Positions 17,040 through 27,700 of a stretch of 32,000 nucleotides of DNA are shown here, piece after piece. Both the position numbers and the translations under genes were made by a program. Positions within the stretch are counted from its first letter, which is position 1; each line of letters begins with the position of its first letter. Under the pieces are notes generated by a model. It had not been told where the DNA came from, did not search any database, and saw only the letters and a list, made by a program, of their open reading frames with translations. This DNA is from Paracoccus suum (GTDB lineage Bacteria; Pseudomonadota; Alphaproteobacteria; Rhodobacterales; Rhodobacteraceae), in assembly GCF_003324675.1 (NCBI RefSeq), contig NZ_CP030918.1:960001-992000 (forward strand). The letters are read 5' to 3'.

Positions 17040-17977
17040 AGGCACAGCAGCTCCATCGCCACATGGGCCCCAGCGATGGCGGTGATTCCGGTCGGATCGT
17101 AGGGAGGGCTGACCTCAACCACGTCGCCGCCCACCAGATTGATCCCCGCAAGCCCGCGTAGCAGCGCCGCCGCCTGCCAGCTGGCGAGGCCGCCCCAGAC
17201 CGGCGTCCCCGTGCCCGGCGCGAAGGCCGGGTCGAGCGCGTCGATGTCAAAGGTGACATAGCAGGGCCGGCGGCCCACGACGCCGCGAATCCGCTCCAGC
17301 GTCGTTTCGATCCCAGCCTGATGGACCGAAAGCGAATCGATGATCGTCACACCCAGCGTGTCGGGATTGTCGGTACGGATGCCGACCGAGACCGCCTCTG
17401 ACGGGCGCACCAACCCCTCGCGGATGGCCTTGTACAGGAAACTGCCGTGGTCGATGCGGACCGGGTCATCGTCCGGCCAGGTGTCGGAATGGGCGTCGAA
17501 CTGGATCAGCGCGACAGGGCCGAACCGCTCGGCGTAGGCGCGCAGGATGGGCAGAGTAATGAAATGATCGCCCCCGAGGGTGATCGTGCCCGCGCCCGCG
17601 GCGAGGACGCCGGCGATGTGATCCTGCAGCCGGCGGGGAAAGCCGGCGACATTAGCGTAGTCGAAAGCGACGTCGCCATAATCGACGATCGCCAGCTCAC
17701 TCAGCGGGTCATAGCCCCAGCCGAATGGCGCGTCGAAAGGTTGCAGGCTGGAGGCCTCGCGAATGGCGCGCGGGCCGAAACGGGCACCGGGGCGATGCGT
17801 GACCGCTTGGTCGAACGCCGCCCCGGTGATCGCGAGGTCAACCCCGCTCAGGTCCTTGCTGTAGCGCCGCCGAAGAAACGACGGCGCCCCGGCAAAGGCA
17901 TTCTCGAAGCTGAGGCCGCGCAGGTCCGGCCGGGTAAAGGCGTGATCAACCTGCGCGCCCGCATCTTCGAGGGCCAT
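17009..17977 (-). CDS. speB: Agmatinase-family ureohydrolase
   Basis: 322 aa with arginase-fold metal motifs: ITLGGDHFITLPIL, IQFDAHSDTW, YVTFDIDALDPAFAPGTGTP. The start ATG overlaps the yceI stop (ATGA). The 3' end overlaps ispE by 31 bp. Confidence 0.8.
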   Translation of the reverse strand: MALEDAGAQVDHAFTRPDLRGLSFENAFAGAPSFLRRRYSKDLSGVDLAITGAAFDQAVTHRPGARFGPRAIREASSLQPFDAPFGWGYDPLSELAIVDYGDVAFDYANVAGFPRRLQDHIAGVLAAGAGTITLGGDHFITLPILRAYAERFGPVALIQFDAHSDTWPDDDPVRIDHGSFLYKAIREGLVRPSEAVSVGIRTDNPDTLGVTIIDSLSVHQAGIETTLERIRGVVGRRPCYVTFDIDALDPAFAPGTGTPVWGGLASWQAAALLRGLAGINLVGGDVVEVSPPYDPTGITAIAGAHVAMELLCLYGWTRRPSR

Positions 17978-18666
17978 CAGCCTTTCGAAGCCTCGACCAC
18001 AATCCTGATCTCGACCTCGTCGCCCACCGCGGGCGCGAACGCCCCGAGGTTGAAATCGGTCCGCTTCAGCTTGGTCTCGGCCTCGAACCCGACGGCGGGT
18101 TTGTTGGTCACCAGGCTGGGGGCCATCTTTTTCAGGTCGACGTCCAGCGTGACCGGCTTGGTGACGCCGTTCAGCGTCAGATCGCCGGTGACCTTGGCCT
18201 CGTTATCGCCGTCCGGCTCGACCTTGGTCGATTTGAAGGTCACGGCGGTGTCAGGGGTCGCGCCCTTGAAGAACTGATCGCCCATCAGGTGCTCGTCCAG
18301 CGACTTGGCCGGGGTGACAAAGGCCGACAGCGGAAAGCTGGCCTCGACGGTCGAGTTGGCAGGGGTCGCCGTGTCGATGTTGATCGTGCCCGTTACGCCG
18401 CGCACCATCCCGGTCGAGGTCGAATAGCCCATGTGGTCATAGCTGAAGACGATGAGGCTGTGATCGGGATCAAAGGTGTAGGCGCCGCCGGCGGCTGCAT
18501 CGGGCGCTGTTGCCGCATCCGTGCTGGCGGCCGGCGCCGCCGCTGTATCGGCGGGCGCTGCGGCAGGCGCGGCTTCGGGCGCTGCCGCGGGGGCGGCGGC
18601 ATCCTGAGCCATGGCCGGCAGCGCGGCAAAGGTTGCGAGGGTCAGGGCGAGGGCGCGAACGGTCAT
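17977..18666 (-). CDS. Exported YceI family (polyisoprenoid-binding-like) protein
   Basis: Start is the ATG at 18666 with AGGAGG upstream. It has a signal peptide (MTVRALALTLATFAALPAMAQD) and an Ala/Pro linker. The YceI-like core is YTFDPDHSLIVFSYDHMGYSTSTGMVRGVTGTINID ... LTLNGVTKPVTL. Confidence 0.8.
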   Translation of the reverse strand: MTVRALALTLATFAALPAMAQDAAAPAAAPEAAPAAAPADTAAAPAASTDAATAPDAAAGGAYTFDPDHSLIVFSYDHMGYSTSTGMVRGVTGTINIDTATPANSTVEASFPLSAFVTPAKSLDEHLMGDQFFKGATPDTAVTFKSTKVEPDGDNEAKVTGDLTLNGVTKPVTLDVDLKKMAPSLVTNKPAVGFEAETKLKRTDFNLGAFAPAVGDEVEIRIVVEASKG

Positions 18667-18770
18667 CGGCAAAAGCCTCCTGGTGAATTCGCTGCGGAAC
18701 GGCAACAGGACGGGATGGTTCCCCGACCTCACCCCACCGTGCACAGCGCGTTATCTGGGGCGGAAAGACC

Positions 18771-18798
18771 TTGTGCGTGCGGCGTTTTCTGCTATAGG
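18771..18798 (+). promoter_or_regulatory. Candidate sigma-70-type promoter for rpsF-rpsR-rplI
   Basis: TTGTGC (18771..18776), a 16-nt spacer, then TATAGG (18793..18798), about 110 nt upstream of the rpsF ATG. This is pattern matching by eye only. Confidence 0.3.
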
Positions 18799-18906
18799 CC
18801 GCGTTCCTTTCCGCAATTTGCGCAACCGGTGAAGCCTCTCGTGGCGGGGCGCGGAGAGGTTTCTACCCGCCTGTGAAGCCCACCCGCGACGACACAAGGA
18901 CTGCCC

Positions 18907-19401
18907 ATGCCGCTGTACGAGCATGTGCTGATCGCCCGCCAGGACCTGTCCAATACACAGGCCGAAGGGCTGATCGAGCATTTCTCCACCGTTCTTTCCG
19001 ACAATGGCGGAAAGGTCGTGGACAACGAATATTGGGGTGTTCGCACCCTGGCCTACAAGATCAACAAGAACCGCAAGGGCCATTACGCATACCTGCGCAG
19101 CGATGCCCCTCCGGCCGCCGTGCAGGAGATGGAGCGTCTGGCCCGCCTGCATGACGACGTCATGCGCGTGCTGACGGTCAAGGTCGACGAGCACAAGGAA
19201 GGCCCGTCGGTCCAGATGCAAAAGCGCGACGAGCGTGATCGTGGCGACCGCGGTGACCGCGGCGGCGACCGTGGCGAGCGCCGCAGCTTTGGCGGTGACC
19301 GTGGCGATCGCGGCGATCGTCCGCAGGGCGACCGCTTTGGTGGTGATCGTGGTGGCGAGCGGACCGAGCGTCCGGCTGCCGACCGCGCCGAGCGTAACTG
19401 A
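18907..19401 (+). CDS. rpsF: 30S ribosomal protein S6 with an extended Arg/Asp/Gly-rich C-terminal tail
   Basis: [63 protein letters not shown] is canonical S6. AAGGA lies 6 nt upstream of the ATG. Confidence 0.95.
   Translation: MPLYEHVLIARQDLSNTQAEGLIEHFSTVLSDNGGKVVDNEYWGVRTLAYKINKNRKGHYAYLRSDAPPAAVQEMERLARLHDDVMRVLTVKVDEHKEGPSVQMQKRDERDRGDRGDRGGDRGERRSFGGDRGDRGDRPQGDRFGGDRGGERTERPAADRAERN
19225..19398 (+). repeat. Low-complexity coding repeat (GDR / GGDRG units) forming the S6 tail
   Basis: The tail reads [58 protein letters not shown]. By my count 47 of 58 residues are R, D, G or E. The DNA is an imperfect ggYgaYcgY reiteration. Confidence 0.8.
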
Positions 19402-19419
19402 GACCGGAGGAGCTGATCC

Positions 19420-19647
19420 ATGGCAACCAAGCCGTTTTTCCGCCGCCGCAAGGTCTGCCCGTTCTCGGGCGACAATGCGCCGGCCATCGACTACAAAGAC
19501 ACGCGCCTGCTGCAGCGTTATGTCTCCGAGCGGGGCAAGATCGTGCCGTCGCGCATCACCGCCGTTTCGGCCAAAAAGCAGCGTGAGCTGGCGCGGGCGA
19601 TCAAGCGCGCCCGTTTCCTAGCGCTGCTGCCCTACGCCGTGAAGTGA
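19420..19647 (+). CDS. rpsR: 30S ribosomal protein S18
   Basis: 75 aa. [67 protein letters not shown] is canonical S18. Confidence 0.95.
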   Translation: MATKPFFRRRKVCPFSGDNAPAIDYKDTRLLQRYVSERGKIVPSRITAVSAKKQRELARAIKRARFLALLPYAVK

Positions 19648-19657
19648 GGGAACAGCC

Positions 19658-20263
19658 ATGCAAGTGATCCTGCTGGAGCGCGTGGCCAAACTGGGCCAGA
19701 TGGGCGAAGTGGTTAAGGTGAAAGAGGGCTTTGCCCGCAATTACCTGCTGCCGCAGCGCAAGGCCTTGCGCGCCACCGAAGCCAACATCAAGGGCTTCGA
19801 GGCGCAAAAGGCGACCCTCGCCGCGCAGAACGAAGAGGGCCGGACGAGCGCCCAGGCGATCGCCGACAAGCTGGACGGCCAGACCTTCGTGGTCATCCGT
19901 TCCGCCTCGGACGCCGGTGCCCTTTATGGTTCGGTTTCGCCGCGCGATGCGGCCGAGGCGGCTGCCGCCGAAGGCTTTGACATCGAGCGTCGGATGATCG
20001 TGCTGACCGCCCCGATCAAGGATCTGGGTCTGCACGAGGTGCGCGTGCACCTGCACCCCGAGGTCGATGCGACCATTACGCTGAACGTCGCCCGCTCGGT
20101 CGAGGAGGCCGCTCTGCAGGCCTCGGGCCGCACGATCCAGGACGCGCAGGCCGAGGCTGACGCCGAAGCCGAGTTCGAGATCGCGGGCCTGTTCGACGAC
20201 CTGGGCGCCGCGGGCCGCGACGAGGACGGCGACGACCGTCCGGCGCGCGACAGCGACGCCTGA
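19658..20263 (+). CDS. rplI: 50S ribosomal protein L9 with an acidic C-terminal extension
   Basis: [44 protein letters not shown] is canonical L9. The last ~50 aa are acidic ([39 protein letters not shown]). Confidence 0.93.
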   Translation: MQVILLERVAKLGQMGEVVKVKEGFARNYLLPQRKALRATEANIKGFEAQKATLAAQNEEGRTSAQAIADKLDGQTFVVIRSASDAGALYGSVSPRDAAEAAAAEGFDIERRMIVLTAPIKDLGLHEVRVHLHPEVDATITLNVARSVEEAALQASGRTIQDAQAEADAEAEFEIAGLFDDLGAAGRDEDGDDRPARDSDA

Positions 20264-20286
20264 TCGAATACCCTGACGATTGAAGG

Positions 20287-20324
20287 GGGCCGCGCGGCGA
20301 AAGCTGCGCGGCCCTTTGCATTTT
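20287..20324 (+). terminator. Rho-independent terminator of the rpsF-rpsR-rplI operon
   Basis: GGGCCGCGC (20287..20295) pairs perfectly with GCGCGGCCC (20306..20314). The inner GGC/GCT can extend the stem around a GAAA tetraloop. TTTGCATTTTG follows. Confidence 0.8.
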
Positions 20325-20476
20325 GCCAGCATATGACGGGTTGTCCGGCGGCCACAGATGACAGACGTGCGACCATCCGGCGCGTCCGATCAGGGCCGAT
20401 CTGCGTTGCCGGCTACAAACCACTGCGCTAGAACAATAACGGAGTCGCCGGTGCCCACCGGCCAGAACATTTCTGA

Positions 20477-22167
<1,691 letters not shown>

Positions 22168-22168
<1 letters not shown>

Positions 22169-22689
22169 TGCCTTACGCCTGGCAAGACATTGACGCGGCC
22201 CCGGAGCGATCCGGGGCCGTTTCCCATAGGCTGGTGGTCTGGCCGCATCGCGCCCTGACGCCGCAGGGCTTTGTCTGGTTCATCGGCATCACCGCCTGCC
22301 TCATCGCCCTGCCGCTGATCGCCAGCCTCGGCTCGCCCGTGCTGTGGGGACTGCTGCCCTTCATCGCCTTGGCGGTCGGGGGGATCTGGTACGCCCTCAA
22401 GAGGGCATGGCGCCAGGGCGAGCAGCGCGAGGTGCTGCTGCTGGACCGCGCGCACCTGTCTCTGACGCGGCACGATCCCGGCCGGACCGATAGGCACTGG
22501 CAGGCCAACCCCTATTGGTTGCGCGTCGCCCTGCGCGATGATGGCCCGGTCGAGGATTACCTGACGCTCGCCGCCGAAGGCCGCGAGGTCGAACTGGGAG
22601 CCTGCCTTTCCGCGGACGAGCGCCGCAGCCTAGCACGTGAATTGCGCCAACGCCTCGCCGCACTGAAGGAGAATGGGGATGACCGCTGA
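22168..22689 (+). CDS. DUF2244-like integral membrane protein, overlapping the ctaD stop codon
   Basis: The ATG at 22168 shares its A with the ctaD TGA (TGATG). 173 aa with two adjacent hydrophobic helices (FVWFIGITACLIALPLIASLG / VLWGLLPFIALAVGGIWYAL) and then a soluble C-terminal domain. The family assignment is from memory of DUF2244 architecture. Confidence 0.6.
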
Positions 22690-23032
22690 AGCCACTTGTG
22701 TGTGCGGCGCCTGTCGCATCACCCTGCCGCAAACCCCAACCGAAGCCAGCGACTGCAATTGCTCACTCTGCCGACGGTTGGGGGCGCTCTGGTCCTACCA
22801 TCCGGCGCAGGACCTCGCCATCAGCGGGCCGACCGACAGCTTTGCGCGCGCCGAGGGCGCCAGCCTCGACATTCATCGCTGTGCGCAAAGCGGCTGCGTG
22901 ACCCATTGGTCGGCCCGTCCCGGCACCTTTGCCGAGGGGCGGGTGGGGGTGAATGCCCGGCTTTTCGACGGGTTCGACCCGTGGACCGCGCCGCTGCGCC
23001 GGATCGACGGCGCGCATCACGCCTGGCGCTAG
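22679..23032 (+). CDS. GFA (CENP-V/glutathione-dependent formaldehyde-activating enzyme fold) family protein
   Basis: The Cys pattern is CVCGACR ... DCNCSLCRRLG ... HRCAQSGC. AAGGAGA ends 6 nt before the ATG at 22679; the 22673 ATG directly abuts the RBS. It overlaps the DUF2244 gene by 11 nt. Its stop overlaps the convergent FAD oxidase stop (CTAG). Confidence 0.7.
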   Translation: MTAEATCVCGACRITLPQTPTEASDCNCSLCRRLGALWSYHPAQDLAISGPTDSFARAEGASLDIHRCAQSGCVTHWSARPGTFAEGRVGVNARLFDGFDPWTAPLRRIDGAHHAWR

Positions 23033-24426
23033 GCCAGCACCGCGCCCGGGTTCATGATGCCCAGGGGGTCGAGCGCGGCCTTGATCGCGCGCATCGCCGC
23101 CAGCCGGGTCGGATCGCCCCAGCGCGCCAGATCGGCGACCTTGAGGCGGCCGATGCCATGTTCGGCCGAAAAACTCCCGCCGCGGGCGACGACCATGCTG
23201 TGAACGGCCTCACTGATTGCGGGGCGCAGTGCGTCGTGTTCGGCCCGGGTGTGGCCTCGGGCCGGAAAGACGTTGTAGTGCAGGTTACCGTCCCCGAGAT
23301 GGCCAAAGCAGTTGATGCGAAAATCCCCTAGGGCATCCAGCATCGCGCAGGCGTCGATGATGAAGCGGGGAATTTCGGACAGCGGCAGGCTGATGTCGTG
23401 GCTGGCGACGGCGCCGATCAGGCGATTCGCCTCGGGGATCTGTTCGCGCACGGTCCAGAAGGCAGCGGCCTGCGCCGCCGATTGTGCCAGCAGCGCGTCG
23501 CTGGCCAGCCCTTCGGCGATGCCCCGTTCAAGCAGATCGCCGAGCGCCTCCAGCGGATCGGTGCCCGCGGGCAGGGCGACCTCAAGCAGAACCAGCCAGG
23601 GCGGCGCGGGATCGAACGGCCGGCGAATGCTTGGCATGGCCTCGGCCAGAAACTCCAGCCCCGTGCCGCCTATCAGCTCGAATCCGGTGACGCCGCCGGC
23701 CAGTTGCGCCTGGGCGATGCCGAGCAATTGCAGCGCGGCCGCCGGGTCCCGCACCACAATCATCGCGGTGCCGACCGCTGCCGGGCGCGGCGCGAGGCGA
23801 AGACTGGCGGCGGTGATGATGCCGAGGCTGCCTTCGGCCCCGATCAGCAAGTCGCGGATGTCATAGCCGGTGTTGTCCTTTCGCAGCCGCGAGAGCCCGT
23901 GCAGGATGCTGCCATCGGGCAAGACCGCCTCGATCCCCAGGCACAGTGCGCGGGCATTGCCCCAGCGCAACACGGCGACGCCGCCGGCATTGGTCGCAAG
24001 GCAGCCGCCGATCGTCGCTGTGCCCTGCGAGGCGAGCGACAGCGGAAACTGGCGGTCGATGGCGGCGGCGGCATCGTGGACGGCCTGCAGGGTCATGCCG
24101 GCCTCGGCGATCAGCACGTCCTCTTCGGGCCAGGCCCCACGGGCGGAGGCCATCCGTTCCAGAGTCAGCAGCAGGGGCGGGGGGCCGTCATGCAGCACCT
24201 GTCCGCCGACCAGTCCGGTGCCGCCGCCCCGCGGCACGATTCCAACCCGCGCAGCAGCGCAGGCGCGTACCACCGCAGCAACCTCGGTCACGTCACGCGG
24301 CGCGGCGAGCAGCCCCGCCTGTCCGCGCCAGCGCCCGCGCGGCTCTTCCAGATAACGCTCCTCGATGGGACGCAAGACTCCCTCGGGCAGTTCCGCCGCG
24401 AGGGCCTCGGTCGCTGGGTTCAGCAT
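23029..24426 (-). CDS. FAD-linked oxidase (GlcD / D-2-hydroxyacid dehydrogenase family)
   Basis: 465 aa. It has the FAD-binding PCMH-type N-terminal domain (VAAVVRACAAARVGIVPRGGGTGLVGGQV, IGGCLATNAGG). The C-terminus is HLGDGNLHYNV ... GGSFSAEHGIGRLK. AAGGGGG lies upstream of the ATG. Confidence 0.8.
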   Translation of the reverse strand: MLNPATEALAAELPEGVLRPIEERYLEEPRGRWRGQAGLLAAPRDVTEVAAVVRACAAARVGIVPRGGGTGLVGGQVLHDGPPPLLLTLERMASARGAWPEEDVLIAEAGMTLQAVHDAAAAIDRQFPLSLASQGTATIGGCLATNAGGVAVLRWGNARALCLGIEAVLPDGSILHGLSRLRKDNTGYDIRDLLIGAEGSLGIITAASLRLAPRPAAVGTAMIVVRDPAAALQLLGIAQAQLAGGVTGFELIGGTGLEFLAEAMPSIRRPFDPAPPWLVLLEVALPAGTDPLEALGDLLERGIAEGLASDALLAQSAAQAAAFWTVREQIPEANRLIGAVASHDISLPLSEIPRFIIDACAMLDALGDFRINCFGHLGDGNLHYNVFPARGHTRAEHDALRPAISEAVHSMVVARGGSFSAEHGIGRLKVADLARWGDPTRLAAMRAIKAALDPLGIMNPGAVLA

Positions 24427-24450
24427 GATCGCCCCCTTGGGCCGGCGCCC

Positions 24451-25035
24451 TCAACGCGCATGGCTGCGGCCGCGCCGGTCACCGCGCAGGTTGGCGTAGA
24501 GGACGTGATTACGCCAGCGGCCGCTGATCTGCAGATAACTTTGCGCCACGCCCTCGTATTTGAAGCCGGATTTTTCCAGCACGCCCCGGCTGGCCGCGTT
24601 CTCAGGCAGGCAGGCGGCCTCGATCCGGCTGAGGTCCATGGAGGTGAAGGCGTGGTGGACCAGCCCCATGATGGCCTCGCGCATGTAGCCCTGCCGGGCA
24701 AAGGGCGCGCCGATCCAGTATCCGATGGTGGCCGACTGTGCCGGTCCGCGGCGGATATTGTCCATGGTGATCGCCCCGACCAGAACGCCGTCGTGGCGCA
24801 CCAGAAACAGCGGCAGCGCGGTCCCGCTGCGCGAGACGCGCTGCGCCCAGTAGACGCGATGGGTGAACGCCTTCTGGCTGAGGTGATCGTCGGCCCAGAC
24901 TGGCTCCCACGGGGTCAGGAAGGCGCGGCTGGTCACGCGCAGCGCGGTCCAGGCGCGCATGTCGCCATGCAGGGGCAGGCGCAGCGCCAACCGCTCGGTC
25001 TCGATCCTGACCGGACGGCGGCGCTGGAAGATCAT
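24451..25035 (-). CDS. GNAT family N-acetyltransferase (RimJ/RimL-like)
   Basis: 194 aa. ETERLALRLPLHGD is present, with the acetyl-CoA site context IGYWIGAPFARQGYMREA and RIEAACLPENAASRGVLEKSGFKYEG. The ATG overlaps the M16 peptidase stop (ATGA). Confidence 0.8.
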   Translation of the reverse strand: MIFQRRRPVRIETERLALRLPLHGDMRAWTALRVTSRAFLTPWEPVWADDHLSQKAFTHRVYWAQRVSRSGTALPLFLVRHDGVLVGAITMDNIRRGPAQSATIGYWIGAPFARQGYMREAIMGLVHHAFTSMDLSRIEAACLPENAASRGVLEKSGFKYEGVAQSYLQISGRWRNHVLYANLRGDRRGRSHAR

Positions 25036-26303
25036 CAGGCGGCGAGCCTTTGGGCCAGTTCCTCGCGCGCGGGGGCGCCCTCGACCGGGCCATAGATCGC
25101 CAGCGCCGGCTGGGCGGCGGCGATCAGGCGCTCGGCGTGATCGCGTACCTCGGCGACAGTGACTGCGGCGATCCGCTCGGCGATCTCGGTGGCATCGGGC
25201 ACGCGCCCCCAGATCGCCAGCGAGCGGGCCATGCGCTCGGCCTGGGTCGAGGGACTCTCCAGCCCCATCAGCATTCCGGCCCGCAACTGAGCTTTTGCCC
25301 GGGCGATTTCCTCATCGCACATGTCCTCGGCCGAGCGCTTGACCTCGTCGATCGTCAGCCGGGCCAGATCGCCCAAATCCTCGGCCGAGGTGCCGGCATA
25401 GATGGTGACCATGCCGGTATCTTCGTGAAAGCCCGACTGGGCAAAGATCGAATAGCACAGGCCGCGCTTTTCGCGCAGCGTCTGGAAGAGGCGCGAGGAC
25501 ATGCCGCCGCCCAGCGCACTGGTCCAGATCTGGGCCGAGAAATAGTCCGGCGCCAGATACCCCGGGCCTTCGAAGCCGAGGGCGAAATGCGCCTGCTCAA
25601 GATCCTTGATGTGACGGCTTTCGACGCCGCGCCAGCGGGCCGGCTCGCGCGGCGCGCAACTGGTCGCGCGCAAATGGCCAAAGGCCAGCTCGGCCTGGCG
25701 GGTGACGGTGTCATGGTCAATCGCGCCGGCGGCGGCGACGATCATCTGGCCGGGACCGTAATGCTCGGCTACGAAGCCCGACAGATCACTGCGGCCAAAG
25801 CAGGCCACCCGCTCGGCCGGGCCGAGGATCGTGCGGCCCATGGCTTGGTCGGGATAGGCCGCCTCTTGGAGCCAATCGAAGATGATGTCGTCGGGGGTGT
25901 CCAAGGCCTGCCCGATTTCCTGCAGGATCACCCCGCGCTCGACCTCGATCTCGCGCTGATCGAAGGCCGGGTGCAGCACGATGTCCGAAATAACGTCCAG
26001 CGCCAGGCCGGTGTCGGCCGACAGCACCCGCGCGTAATAGGCCGTCACATCGCGCGAGGTGTAGGCGTTGATATAGCCGCCGACATCCTCGATCGCCTCG
26101 GCGATCTGCAGCGCGCTGCGCCGGGCGGTGCCCTTGAAGGCCATGTGCTCGAGGAAATGGGCGATGCCGTTCTGCTCGGCCCGTTCGTCCCGGCCACCCG
26201 CGTTCACCCACACGCCGATGCTGGCGGAATGCAGCCCCGACATGGTCTTGGTCACGACCCGCAGGCCGTTCGGAAGGGTGCTGATGCGGATGGGGTCGGT
26301 CAT
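25035..26303 (-). CDS. M16 (pitrilysin family) zinc peptidase, MPP-like
   Basis: 422 aa with the inverted zinc motif in GIAHFLEHMAFKGT (HxxEH). LPNGLRVVT is at the N-terminus. The ATG overlaps the thrC stop (ATGA). Confidence 0.88.
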   Translation of the reverse strand: MTDPIRISTLPNGLRVVTKTMSGLHSASIGVWVNAGGRDERAEQNGIAHFLEHMAFKGTARRSALQIAEAIEDVGGYINAYTSRDVTAYYARVLSADTGLALDVISDIVLHPAFDQREIEVERGVILQEIGQALDTPDDIIFDWLQEAAYPDQAMGRTILGPAERVACFGRSDLSGFVAEHYGPGQMIVAAAGAIDHDTVTRQAELAFGHLRATSCAPREPARWRGVESRHIKDLEQAHFALGFEGPGYLAPDYFSAQIWTSALGGGMSSRLFQTLREKRGLCYSIFAQSGFHEDTGMVTIYAGTSAEDLGDLARLTIDEVKRSAEDMCDEEIARAKAQLRAGMLMGLESPSTQAERMARSLAIWGRVPDATEIAERIAAVTVAEVRDHAERLIAAAQPALAIYGPVEGAPAREELAQRLAA

Positions 26304-27691
26304 TCGGATCTCCGGCTGCGAACCAGCGATTTAAGCGCCTCGGCGTCGTTTTCAACTCGGGTGATGCGCTCGGGACGGGCCATCAGATCGGCCATATGCG
26401 GGGGCAAGGGCGGGCGGATGCCGGTGGCTTTCTCGACAGCGTCGGGGAATTTGGCCGGGTGTGCCGTCGCCAGCGTGACCATAGGCAGGCCGGGAGCGAG
26501 ATGCTCGGCCGCCACCTTGACCCCGACGGCGCTGTGCGGGCACAGCAATTCGCCCGTCGCGGCGAAGGTGTCGCGGATGGTCGCCAGCGTCTCATCCTCG
26601 GACGCGCGGCCCGAGGCATAGGCCTCGCGCAGAGCCTGCAGCGCGCCCTGGCTGATGGTGAAGCCGCCGTCGCTTCGCAACTCGTCCATCAGTTGGGCCA
26701 CGGCTGCGGCGTCGCCGCCATATGCCCAGAACAGCGCACGCTCGAAATTGCTGCTGACCTGGATGTCCATGCTTGGGCTGATCGAGGGGGCGACCTTGGT
26801 AGTGCGATATTCACCTGTGGTCAGTGCCCGGTGCAGGATGTCGTTCTGGTTGGTCGCGACGATCAGCCGCGCGACGGGCAGGCCCATCCGCCGCGCCACG
26901 GTCCCGGCGAGGATGTCGCCGAAGTTGCCGGTCGGCACGCTGAAGGCGACCGGCCGGTGCGGCGCGCCCAGCGAAACGGCGGCGGTGAAGTAATAGACTA
27001 CCTGCGCCAGCACCCGGCCCCAGTTGATGCTGTTGACGCCCGCCAGCCCGACCTCGTCGCGGAAGGCGTGATCGTTGAACAGATCCTTCAGCCGCGCCTG
27101 TGCGTCATCGAAATGGCCGTCGATGGCGAGCGCATGGACGTTGCTTTCGACCGGCGTCGTCATCTGGCGGCGCTGCACCTCGCTGACCCGGCCATGCGGG
27201 TAGAGGATGAAGACCTCGACATTCGGCAGGCCGCGGAATGCCTCGATCGCGGCGCTGCCCGTATCGCCAGAGGTGGCTCCCACGATGGTGATCCGCCGGC
27301 CGGTGCGCGCCAGGGCGATCTGGAACAGCTGACCGATCAGCTGCATCGCAAAGTCCTTGAAGGCCAGCGTCGGGCCGTGGAACAGTTCCAGCAGATGGTG
27401 CCTTGGTGCAAGTTGTACCAAGGGCGCGCGCGCCGGATGGGAAAAGCCGGCATAGGCCCGCTCGATCGCGCCGCGCAGCTCGTCCGGGGTAAAGCTCTCG
27501 CCCAGGAACGGCTGCATTACCTGTGCGGCGACCTCCTCGTAGGGCAGGCCTTCCATCGCGGCGATCTGATCGGCACCCAGCGTCGGGATCGTCTCGGGGA
27601 CATAGAGGCCGCCGTCGCGGGCCAGTCCCGTCAGCATCGCTTCGTCAAAGGGCAGGTGCGGGGCCGTGCCGCGGGTCGAGACGTAACGCAT
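26300..27691 (-). CDS. thrC: Threonine synthase
   Basis: 463 aa. MRYVSTRGTAPHLPFDEAMLTGLARDGGLYVPE is present, with the PLP lysine context FHGPTLAFKDFAMQ and VGATSGDTGSAA. Confidence 0.93.
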   Translation of the reverse strand: MRYVSTRGTAPHLPFDEAMLTGLARDGGLYVPETIPTLGADQIAAMEGLPYEEVAAQVMQPFLGESFTPDELRGAIERAYAGFSHPARAPLVQLAPRHHLLELFHGPTLAFKDFAMQLIGQLFQIALARTGRRITIVGATSGDTGSAAIEAFRGLPNVEVFILYPHGRVSEVQRRQMTTPVESNVHALAIDGHFDDAQARLKDLFNDHAFRDEVGLAGVNSINWGRVLAQVVYYFTAAVSLGAPHRPVAFSVPTGNFGDILAGTVARRMGLPVARLIVATNQNDILHRALTTGEYRTTKVAPSISPSMDIQVSSNFERALFWAYGGDAAAVAQLMDELRSDGGFTISQGALQALREAYASGRASEDETLATIRDTFAATGELLCPHSAVGVKVAAEHLAPGLPMVTLATAHPAKFPDAVEKATGIRPPLPPHMADLMARPERITRVENDAEALKSLVRSRRSE

Positions 27692-27700
27692 GGAATGCTC

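Noticed and set aside
19240-19330. Three RGD tripeptides in the S6 tail (integrin-binding motif)
   Set aside because: They are an inevitable by-product of the G-D-R repeat in a cytoplasmic ribosomal protein. There is no biological rationale for cell adhesion.
23398-25095. 565-aa plus-strand ORF
   Set aside because: It is antisense to the FAD-linked oxidase and the GNAT gene, both supported by motifs. No motifs are present in this frame.
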